Positions 53,658 to 64,000 of a DNA stretch of 64,000 nucleotides are shown one piece after another; the stretch's first letter is position 1, and each line of letters opens with the position of its first letter. The stretch lies in the NCBI GenBank assembly GCA_050084985.1, contig JBITNC010000001.1:17484001-17548000 (forward strand), given 5' to 3'. The notes below the pieces were generated by a model. That model searched no databases. It saw only the letters and a program-made list of their open reading frames with translations, and was not told the DNA's origin. This DNA comes from Nageia nagi (lineage: Eukaryota; Plantae; Pinophyta). Position numbers and translations under genes: made by a program.

Positions 53658-56600
53658 ATGGTTGAAACCTTCATACCCAAGCATATACTCGATGGTTCCA
53701 ACTTCGGCATATGAGAACCTCGTATGAAAGCTGAGTTACAAGCAAGGAAGCTGTGGCAGATAGTTAATGAAGACTTAGTCGCTCCTACAGATGAGAAGGC
53801 TCTTGAAATCTACAACTCAAAGAATGAGTTAGCAACTTCAATGATTTATCATGCAATTTCAGATGACGTATTTCTCATGATCTCTTCTTCAACATCAGCA
53901 AAGGAAGCTTGGGATAGGTTGAAGAAAATTTACCTTGTGTCAAAATTTTCAAGGAGGTTCACTATTTTACAAAAGTTGTTGCAATATCGTTAAGGTGAAG
54001 ATGAAAGTGCTTCTATTTACTTGACCAAAATCATTGACCTCAGGACACAACTGGTTGGCTGTGGGTGCAACTGGATCAATGATGAGTTCATGGTCTTCAT
54101 CATTCTTCAAAGCCTTTCTACAAAGTTCAGTAACTTTGTCACGGTTATGGAAACTAGGCTCGATGATGAAGAAGATGTCATCTCTCTTGATAACCTTTCT
54201 AGACTCCTTCTGAAGCATGAGGAAACTTTGAATAAGAAAATGTTGAACTTTTCTCCAAAGGACAATAACATTGCTCTAGGAGCAACCAAAACTCCTTTCA
54301 AGAAGAAGTTCAATCATTATAAATCCAAAGATAACAAATCCTCACTTACCTTCAGGAAGCATGAGAAAAAGGGCAACAATAATGGCAACTTCAAGCAAAG
54401 GAATGACAAAGCTGGATCACGCAATCCAAAACTTAAGGAAAAGTTTGATGGAAATTGTAACTTTTGTGGCATCTTTGGTCATAAAGAGTATGATTATCAT
54501 AAAAAGAAATTTGTTGAAAAAGGCAAGGGAAATGCAAATGTGAAAAATTTCAATAATAAAAAGAAGAACAAGCATGCTGCTACTATTGCCTACTACTCAG
54601 TGACTCAAACTATTTCAAATGATTGGATTGTTGATTCAGGATGCACTAATCACATGTGTTATGAAATGGATAAGTTTGAAAACTTTCATAAGTACAAGAA
54701 GGATGCAGTTGTGATAGGTGATAATTCAGTCCTTGATGTTCAAGGAATAGGGAGTGTGAAGATTCATGGAAAGGTTCTTGATAATGTCTTTTATGTGCCT
54801 AAACTAAGGATGAATCTTATCTCCGTAATTCAGATTTCAAAGAAAGGATACTCATTGGAGTTTACCTCACACTCCTGGTGTGTTAAGAAAGGACTTGCCA
54901 CCTTGATGAAAGGATTAGTAAAGGATGACCTTTATATTGTGGATCAAGTTCCTTCAAAGATGTGTCTTGCTGCAAATGTTTGTTCAAAGGGTAATCTTTG
55001 GCATCAGCGATTAGGGCACCTTAACCACAAGAGTATTCAAGATATGAAAAATCAAGAACTTGTGGAAGGTTTACCTAATATTTCACCCATAATTAGTCTC
55101 TGTGAAAGGTGCATTCTAGGAAAGATGAATAGGCAAAAGTTTGAAAAAGATAAGGCAACTCGGGCTACTCGTCCTCTTCAGCTTGTGCATTCAGATTTGA
55201 TGGGTCCATTTCAGACTAAGTCTCTAGGGGGAGCTTCTTATGTTCTAACCTGTATTGATGACTTTAGCAGGATGACATTTGGTTATCTACTTGAGCACAA
55301 GGATCAAACTTTTGACAGGTTTAAAGACTTCAAGGCTCTTGTTGAAAATCAAATTGATTTTAAGATCAAGATGCTGAGATCTGATAATGGGGGTGAGTAT
55401 AATAGCAATGAGTTTAACGACTATTATGTTAAACATGGGATCAAGCGGTAATTCATAATCCCTTACACCCCTCAACAAAATGGAGTTGCTGAAAGGAAGA
55501 ATCGAACCATTATAGAAATGGTAAGGTGCATGTTGGGTAACCTTCCTAGTTTCTTACGGGGTGAAGCTGTTCACACTGCTATTCACACCCTAAATAGGTA
55601 TCCTACTAAAGTAGTTGAAAGTAAAACTCTGTATGAAGCATGGACAGGAAAGAAACCTAACATCTCACACTTTAGGGTCTTTGGTTATGATGCATTTTCC
55701 TTCATTACCTCAGAGAAAAGAAAGAAGTTGGATAAAAGATCAGAAAAATGCACCTTTGTGGGGTATGATAATCAGCATAGAGGTTATAGGCTCTACTCCT
55801 CATCCCATAAAATAGTCTTTGTTTCTAGGGATGTCAAGTTCAATGAACTTCCTGAGGATACGACTTCTCATGCTGAGGTGTCTGATTCAAATGATTCTTC
55901 ACCTGCACCTAACTGGTTGGATGATAATGTAGGGAAGTCACCACAAGAGCAAAATTCTCCAGCTCAGAGAATTACAAGAAGTATGACCTTGAATAAATCT
56001 TTATTTACCAAAATTTATAATAAGAATGAGCCATCAACCTTCAAAGAAGCTTCCAAGCAAGAGTGTTGGATGGAAGCTATAAAAGTTGAGTATGAGGTGC
56101 TCATGAAAAATGAAACTTGGGATTTGGTTCCTTATCCCAATGAGAAAAATATGATTGGAAATAAATGGATATACAAGGTCAAGTACAATTCTGATGGAGA
56201 AATTGAAAAATACAAAGCAAGGTTAATGGCCAAAGGATTCGCTTAGAAATATGGTATTGATTATGAGGAAACCTTTGCTCCTGTGGCCAAGATGCCTACT
56301 GTCAGGATAATCCTTGCTCTTTCTGCAGCTCAAGGATGGAAAGTTTTTCAACTTAATGTCAAGAGTGCATTTCTCAATGGTGACTTGGATGTAGAAATCT
56401 ACATGAATCAACTAGAAGGATTTATTCCAGAAGGTAAAGAGTGTTTTGTGTGTAAGCTAAAGAAGTCTTTGTATGGACTTAAGCAAGCACCTAGAGCATG
56501 GTACAAGAAAATTTCAAGATTCTTTGCAGATATTGGTTTTTTCAAGTGCTTCTCTGACTCAGATCTCTATGTACTCAATCAAGGAAAAGACGTGGTCTTA

Positions 56601-57575
56601 ATTCTCCTTTATGTGGATGATCTTCTCATAATTAGCAATAATATTGAAATCATCCAAGAGTGCATATCAAAACTGAGGGCAACATTTGAAATGACTGATC
56701 TAGGTCTATTGCATTACTATCTTAGGATGCAAGTATACCAACACAAAGATTGTACTTATCTTAGTCAATCTAAGTATATATTAGACATCTTGCAAAAGTT
56801 TGGAATGGAGGAGTGTAGATATGCTGCAATACCTATTTCTCTTAGAATCATTATATCTCTGAGCTCAGATTCTCAGTTGGTTGATGCTACAGCTTATAGG
56901 CAATTGATCGGTAGTCTTCTGTATCTGACTATCTCTCGACCTGATATTGCCTTTGCAGTGAATCTGATGGCACGATTCATGCAAAAACCATATGTTGAGC
57001 ACCTCAATGCTGTTAAGCAAATCTTGAGGTATGTGGTAGGGACAAAGGATCTTGCTCTTAAGTATTCCAAAGTGCCCTCGATTATTCTCTCCGAGTTCTC
57101 AGATTCTGATTATGGGGGAGATAGAGATGATAGAAAATCAACCTCTGCATATGTGTTCAGCATTGGTTCAAGTGCTATCTCTTGGGCTTCCAAGAAGCAA
57201 CCTACTATGACTCTTTCTACCACTAAAGCCGAATATCGAGCCATGTCTGTTGCCACCCAGGAAGCTATTTGGCTGAGGCATCTTCTGAACAAAATTAGGT
57301 ATGAGCAAAATAGCCCATCTCTTATTTCTTCAGACAATCAATCGGCTATCTCTTTGGCTAAGAATCCTATGTTCCATCAGAGAACCAAACATGTGGAAAT
57401 CCAAGCCCATTTTATCAGGGAGAAGGTTCTAGATGACATCATACACTTGGAGAATTGTCCATCTACTGTAAACTTCGTTGATTTATTCACCAAGCCCCTT
57501 CCTGAAGCTCAGTTCAGCAAGCTTAGGGATTCTCTCGGGTTTGTGATGTTACCCTCAAGGGGGAGTGAAGTTTGA
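53658..57575 (+). pseudogene. gag-pol: Copia gag-pol polyprotein (gag-ZK-PR-INT-RT-RH), single frame with 4 premature stops
   Basis: CNFCGIFGH knuckle, WIVDSGCTNHM, LWHQRLGH, LVHSD/IDDFSR/RSDNGGEY, KARL, YVDD, SDSDY, DNQSA, RTKH. The ORF-track pieces 53724, 54021, 55518 and 56283 are all in frame with ATG 53658. Confidence 0.96.
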
Positions 57576-57639
57576 ACTTTTGTTAGTGACGACAACTTCA
57601 CCTCTAAGAGGCCCTTATGTTGTTATATAGTGTTGACTA

Positions 57640-57868
57640 TGATATACCTCCGTGGTAAGTTCGCTCTGTGTGAGGAAATTCTTGTACATTTTATACCTCT
57701 ATGGTAAGTTTGCTCTGCGTGAAAAACTTGTACAATTTTTTGAGCATATAATGATATACCTCCGTGGTAAGTTCGCTCTGTGTGAGGAACTTCTTGTACA
57801 TTTTATACCTCCGTGGTAAGTTTGCTCTGCGTGAGAAACTTGTTGTATAATTTTTTGAGCATATAATT
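57640..57868 (+). repeat. Higher-order (ABAB) tandem repeat, 112-bp dimer of ~50-60-bp units, in the 3' region of the copia element
   Basis: atacctccgtggtaagtt(c/t)gctctg(t/c)gtga occurs four times (one copy with two changes); gatatacctc at 57641 and 57753. Confidence 0.92.
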
Positions 57869-60800
57869 GATCAATCAATTTCATTGTTCAAAGTATTCAT
57901 ATGAGAAGATCTGGTATGTGTCTTTAGGCATTGTACAGTCATCTATATGTTATGCTCTATTAATAATCAACACATGTCTATATACAACAGGTGACTATGA
58001 GTGATGGCTTGGCATCTCCGTGATGACTTATAGTGCACCATTGATCAATTATTTATAAGATGGCATTATTTGATTCTCTTATTAATAAAATGAATATATG
58101 ATGCATCTAACTGATTTTGTTAACGAGTTGCTTGTAGCATGTAGGATCTTCTTCAGAAATGCAGGTTACTCACCTTGTGTAAGCAAGCTCATGGAGACTC
58201 ACATGTCAGCTTAAAGTTGATCGACTACTATGTACAGTGAAACCAGTTGTGGTTAATGATTGTATTGTAAACCATTTTGTCAAATGGTAATGTAGTGAGT
58301 CTCAAACTAGTTCTCAAAAAGATTCTCAAATATGTAAATGTTCTCATCTCCACTTGTATCTCTATGGAGGAGAACTCTCTCTTACTCTCTCTCTTCTCTC
58401 TTCTATGCTCTATCCCAATATTGCATTAAGGGGGAGTGTTAGAATTTGTAATGAAATATTGTGAATATCTAAACTCCTTGTAAATTCAATTAATCACTTA
58501 AAGAATATTTAGATACCTTAAGGGATTAATTGAATTTTTTATTATGTAAACTTTGACCTTACCATGTGGTTAGTTGGTAGGTTAAAGTTAGATAATATAT
58601 TTATTGTAACCCTAACCTTACCCTTGGGTCAAAGGGAGGTTAGGGAGGTGCTCTCATGCTATAAATAGAGGGCTTCTCCTCTTGTAATACAACTTAGATT
58701 TTGAGTAAGATTACTCTACTAGTTTGTGTAGGAGAGAAAGGAATTGTAGTAAGAGGGTGCATAGTTTGAGAATTAAGATCTAGTTGTGGATGTACTCCCA
58801 AGGAGGGAGGAACCACTTATATTGGTGTTATCTTGTGTGAATGGTGTTATTAGCTTGTAGATGTTGAATGATTAAATTTCCTATAGTCTTGGACCTTGAG
58901 GATTAATGTAGAACTACCTCCATCAATGCAAAGGTAGGATAGTGGCACACTTGAAAATTAGCATGGTGGCATTTCATTAGCAATATAAACAACAATGTGA
59001 TGGCTTGGTTTAATAATCATAAGGTGAAGTATTGTTCAGTACCTACTTATTAATGATATAAAGATCAAGTAGTGAGGTGATTATATTTCCTGATGATTGG
59101 TAGCCTTGTACTTATGTAAATGTGATGATGTGGTAGCTATACATAAAAATGAACAAAATTTGACTATTTATAAAATAAAGAGAAAACTAAACAAAATAAA
59201 ATTCATTAACTCAAGATCAAGGGTTTGGATGTTTGGGGATGCTCTTACATTAAATTTAAAGATATTTACCATCACTACCAACTTAAGATCATGAGTGGGG
59301 TAGTTTCTCTCATGGTATTTCAACTTACGAGACTCATAAGCCATTATAGTTCCTTATTGCACTAAAACCTCACTAAGTCCCTCTAAGGATGCATCAATGC
59401 ATATAGTGAATTATTCAAGTGGGTGAGGGAATTTTAAGAAAAATGTAATGGTTAGCTTTTCTTTTAGCACCACAAAGGCCTTCTCATATCCCTATGACCA
59501 AGTGATCATACTTCCTTTCCATTTGAGAGAAGATACGGGACAAGTTATTTTAGAAAAGTTCTCCATGAACCTTTTATAATATTTGACTAATTCCTTTAAA
59601 CTACATAAAACTTATACATATTAAGTAGTTTTCCAATTTATAATTTCCTTAATTTTATTAAGATCAATGATTATTCCTTGTGTTGTTACTATGTACGTTA
59701 TATGCTAGATTTATAGTACATAGAATTCACACTTAGATAACTTATTTTTAATAATAAATGAATACAAATCATAGGTGGTGGTGATACTACTATTTACACC
59801 AAGAATAAATGGATACATTTTAATAAATATGAGGATAACGTTATCCAAGTATTTCTTAAATTAATTATTTGTTATATTATGAAGGTTGTAGGTGCATTCA
59901 TCAGCCCAAAGGGTAAAATAATAAATTTGTAGTGACCATATTTTATTTAAAAAATGGTCTTATATGGGTTTTTTCCATTATGCTTAATTGATTGTATCCT
60001 AACCTATGATTGATTTTTGATAATATTATTGCTCCTTAGAATTGATCGAATAAGTCATTAATTTTAGAGATATGATATATAATCTAAATAGTTACCTTAT
60101 TCAACATTTAATAATATGTACATGTTTAAAGAATATTGGATCCTTCTTCCTAATAAATAGAATTAACACTCCTTGTGAGGACACATTTAGTTTTATCAAG
60201 CCCTTCTTTAAAACATCCTATAATTGAACCTTCAATTATTGATTTTTGTTGTAATCATTTGATATGAAGACCTATAAATAGGTTTTGCCCTAGTTGTATG
60301 TCGATGCAGAAATTGAATTCCCTTGTTAGAGGAAGTCTATTGAGAACTTCTTAAGGAAACATCTCTATATTTTAATGTACTACCAAGTACATTTGTATTC
60401 TCATATGTTAAGGCCTCTTTTAGATGAACTATAAGAGGAAATTCAAGGAATTCCTAAGAAAATATATCCATAAATTCTTGTACTATTAGGTATTTGTAAA
60501 ACACATCCTTGTTACAGTATGTCAAGGCCTCATCTAGACAAATCACAAAGATTTGATTATCCTATTTTTTTAGAATTTCTTAGTTACAAGGTGATAAATA
60601 TATTAGGTTGGAAAGGTTTTTGGTTATTATGTAACCTTAACCTACTATCCAATCTATCGGTGTATCCCAACCAATATTCCTAAAAATCAATGACTACTTG
60701 ATGGGACCTTAATTAACAAATCCTTTCCTATAACTATGTCAAATGAATATAAAAGGGTGAAATAAAGTACTAATTTACCATTCCTATGGGAAAGACTATA

Positions 60801-61071
60801 CATACATCAATAAAACACTAAGATATTTAATAAGTTATACATATCTCATACTCAATCCATTTATCAACCAAAATACTAGGTTTCTTATATATTGTATCAA
60901 TAATTGAGGTAGATATGAAATTATTTGATGCTCCATGAGTATCAAAATTGTCATAGTAGAAGAGGTGTTGCATGTATTTCCAAGGCATTCTTAGTTATGA
61001 TTATATAAATATAATATGACTTATTAAATGTAATTGATATCATCTTATGTTGACATTTTTTAGCATAATAG

Positions 61072-61837
61072 TGTTAGAACAAATAATGCACTATTGTATT
61101 AATTATTCTTTAGATAGTATCTAAAGAATAATATCTCTTCTCTTTATAAATCTCTATTTAATTCACTTGATACTTAAAAGTATTCCTAAATACCTTTCAA
61201 GTATTTAGTGAATTAAATTTTGAAACTTGTCCTACACTCATCCCACTTGAGGATATGTTCATCTTTTGGTATTTGGTATTCCCCTTAGGTAAAAGGGTGA
61301 GCCAAAATGGTATCTTTGCCTATAAATTTAGGGCTCTCCTCAATCATTCTTAACTCTTGTAGAAAGAAAAGGAATGCTCGTATATTGATAGGAAGAGAGA
61401 GTGCTAGTAGTGCATTGTAAGAGTGTGTTCATAAGAAGTAATAAGATATAGATTAGAGTGAAGTACTCTCTTATTAAGAGGAACCACTATATATAGATTG
61501 TGTCTCTCAATGCGTTGATGAGTCTTGTTATATGTTTATTTACTTTCATCTTACTATGATAATTAGTTACACATTAGCTTGATATTTTGTGTATCTAATA
61601 GATACTATCATGGTATCAGAGCTTGGAAGCTCTTATGTAGGTATGTAGTAAGATATTTTTGTTTTTATTTCCATAGTTTGAAGGCCTTAAGAGCCACCAC
61701 TCAATGTAATTTTTCATTCCCTTACTTGTAAGCTCTTCTCTGATTTTTATTGTGGAGTGTTAATTTTTACATTTTTTTTAATGAAATGAAATATGGTATC
61801 CTTTCTATCTAAAAGTATGCACCATGTCTTTAATAAA
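61072..61837 (+). mobile_element. 5' LTR (61072-61610) + PBS + start of leader of a further member of the same LTR family
   Basis: Start TGTTAGAAC..ATAATGCA, gaggaaccact motif, end CA directly followed by TGGTATCAGAGC (61611-61622) and ggaagctc as in the 50225 element. Confidence 0.82.
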
Positions 61838-64000
61838 TGTTGGAGATTCAAGTTTTGCAAATTTGCCAAAATGAAATATCATTGTGTTTCATTTTTCTAT
61901 GGAAACGTTGTCATATTTCTACAACCCTACACATTTTTGGAAACACCATCATGTTCCCAAATACCTTGTGTGTTTTGTTAGAATTTTTTGGCAGTTATAA
62001 CACTTATGAAGTTTCCTTCAATTTTTCTTGCTTACACATTGTTTCAAGGTTTGTTACTTCATAGGGATGATGGGAGAGTGTCCTAGAACATTATTGTAAC
62101 TCCCATTTAGCTATTTTGGTTCATATTTGAGTGGATTTGTGTAACAATCCTTAGCATTCATTTTTGGTCCTTCTTGTAACTTCCATGAGCTCAGATCAAT
62201 TACTCATCGAGGTTCTATATACTGTACTTAGAATTTGCCTAATGAATCATATTATTGTGTGCTTAATTCTTCCATATTCTTTCATATTGGCATCAAAGCT
62301 AGTTGATCTCAGTTGAGTTGGAAGAGGTTGTGGAAACCTTGCAACAATTTAGCAAGTTTTGCAAAAAGTTATCCAAATAGGCATGTAGTGTGTGTTAAGC
62401 TTGTTGGAGTGAGAGAGATGACTTTTGGAGTGAATATCTTCCCATACCAGAGTTCAATGGAGAGGATTATGAATATTAGGCATTGAAGATGAAGCATTTT
62501 CTCATAGGTAAGGGAGTGTGGGACATCATTGAAGATAGCTATGTGGAGCTAGATTTGGGTCACACTTCCTCAATCTAATATGCCTGCTAAAAGAGAGGCC
62601 TAAAAAAAGAATTCTTTTATTATCTACCATCTCCAATCAACCTTAGATAAGAGGTTGTTCCCAAGGATTGCTAGTTGCAATACGATAAAGGATACATGGA
62701 AGATCTTAAGATATGGATTTCAAGGTAATGACCAAGTGAAGTAAGTGAGGCTTCAAACCTTAAAAATAGAGTTTGAACACCTAAAGTAAAAAGAGGATGA
62801 GAAGGTTTGAGAGTATCATGTAAGAGTTAATACTTGTGTCAAAATGATGAAGACACTTGGAGAGGAGGTAAAAAATCTTGTTGTAGTGAAAGAAAGAAAA
62901 CACTTCTTCCTAAATGGAGCCAAACCACTATCATGTTTAAAGAGACCAAAGATATGAGAACTATCACTCTTGATGAGCTCATTGGTTCCTTGATATCACA
63001 TGAGGAAAGGATTGCTCCACTTTCAAATGTTGGGAGTGTGGAAGAGAAGGCCTTCACTTCTAAAGAAGGTGACACTAGCACTAGTGGTCAAGGGGGAGCT
63101 CAAGGTAGAGGAAGAGGAAGAGGAATAGGAAGGAGAGGTGGCTTCCAAGGTAGAGGAGGATTCAAAGGAAAATATAAAGGGAATCCTCCAAGAGGTGATA
63201 AGAGATACATGTAATGTTACTATTATAACAAGTATGGATACTATGAAAGAGAATGTAGAATGGAGGCTTCTGAAGAAGGAGTCCAAAGTGCCAACTATGG
63301 TGAGGAGGATGGATCCTCCACCTTGTTCTTGTCTTATGCCCATTTAGCCCAAAAGCTAGATGAGACATGGATCCTTGAAATTGATTGCTCCAACCATATG
63401 ACTGGTAAAGGAGAATTATTTTGTGCCATGGATGACTCCTACAAGTCTAAGATCACACTTGGAGATGAAAAAGCCATTCAAGTTGAAGGCATGGGAGCTA
63501 TGGAGGTATCTACAAATGAAGGTAACAAAAGGATTAATGATGTGTATTACATTCCAAAGTTGAAGCATAATTTGTTGAGTGTGGGGCAAATAATAGAAAA
63601 TAACTACAAACTTATGTTTGGGGATAGAAAATGCATGATTTTCAATAAGAACAAAGGGCATAAGTATGTCACCATTATTCCCATGATAAGGAATATACTA
63701 GATTTCCTCTTAGATTTGGTGAGAAAAGTTCTAATTTTGCTAATGTTGTTATTGATGATAAGATTTAGCTTTGGCATTTGAGATATGAGCATCTAAACTT
63801 TGCAAGTTTGAGAAGTTTAGTCTCCAATGACATGGTATATGGGCTACCCAAGGTACAAGAACATAAACAAGTGCATGTTAGTTATATTATGGGGAAGCAT
63901 TCAAGATTAAGCTTCCTAAAAGATCAATCATGGAGATCCTCTTACCCCCTCCAATTGGTGCATAGTGACACATGTGGGCCAATGCAAACTCCAAGTATTA
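61838..64000 (+). mobile_element. Second copia element probably nested in the previous leader: LTR ~61838-62284, PBS, decayed gag-PR-INT from 62418, running off the window
   Basis: TG at 61838, ...TTCA-TAT-TGGCATCAAAGC (62288). Reads PEFNGEDYEY*ALKMK, TLDELIGSLISHEER, RG-rich tract, WILEIDCSNHMTG, NLLSVGQ, WHLRYEHLN, LVHSDTCGPM, with stops and frameshifts. Confidence 0.85.

Larger units (their letters stand above)
50225..58925 (+). mobile_element. Full-length Ty1/copia LTR retrotransposon (8.7 kb) with an unusually long leader and 3' region
   Basis: LTRs 50225-50712 and 58437-58925 (TG...CA; about 11 substitutions and 1 indel by manual count), perfect TSD ATGCA, PBS TGGTATCAGAGC 50715-50726, PPT AAGGGGGAG 58428-58436. 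Confidence 0.97.

Noticed and set aside
57640-57868. CRISPR-like repeat/spacer appearance
   Set aside because: The 'spacers' themselves repeat (ABAB), the context is a eukaryotic retrotransposon, and there are no cas genes.
57576-58436. Possible env-like ORF after pol
   Set aside because: No plus-strand ORF >60 aa. The region is tandem repeat plus a non-coding conserved block.
59870-60640. Possible solo LTR (TG start, ctataaatagg motif)
   Set aside because: No partner LTR, PBS/PPT or TSD could be fixed by eye.

Overview
AT-rich, CpG-depleted land-plant nuclear DNA. The gene spacing and decayed TE load suggest a large seed-plant genome, possibly a gymnosperm (inference only). Two intact host genes lie tail-to-tail in the middle. 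One is a 3-exon TRICHOME BIREFRINGENCE-LIKE O-acetyltransferase (+, 37191-40259). The other is a 7-coding-exon, ~1219-aa uncharacterised protein (-, 46916-42365) with a GC-AG intron, tandemly duplicated symmetric exons, many CDK-type S/T-P sites, SILK- and RVxF-like PP1-docking motifs, and two E2F sites upstream. The rest is mostly nested TEs. These include a near-intact Ty1/copia element (50225-58925, TSD ATGCA) whose long leader carries a captured CXE18/GID1-like carboxylesterase 5' fragment, and a non-coding relative of it (10037-15223) inserted into an LTR of its own family. There is also a gag-only LTR element inside a PMD pseudogene, a TRIM-like element, a CACTA-like relic, Harbinger/hAT-like MITEs, an RTEX-like LINE relic, and copia/gypsy fragments. 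Most notable: this LTR family appears to hold variable cargo between a conserved post-PBS splice donor and a conserved branch point/acceptor near the PPT. A 24-bp perfect hairpin lies between the two convergent genes. All coordinates were read by eye and no searches were run.
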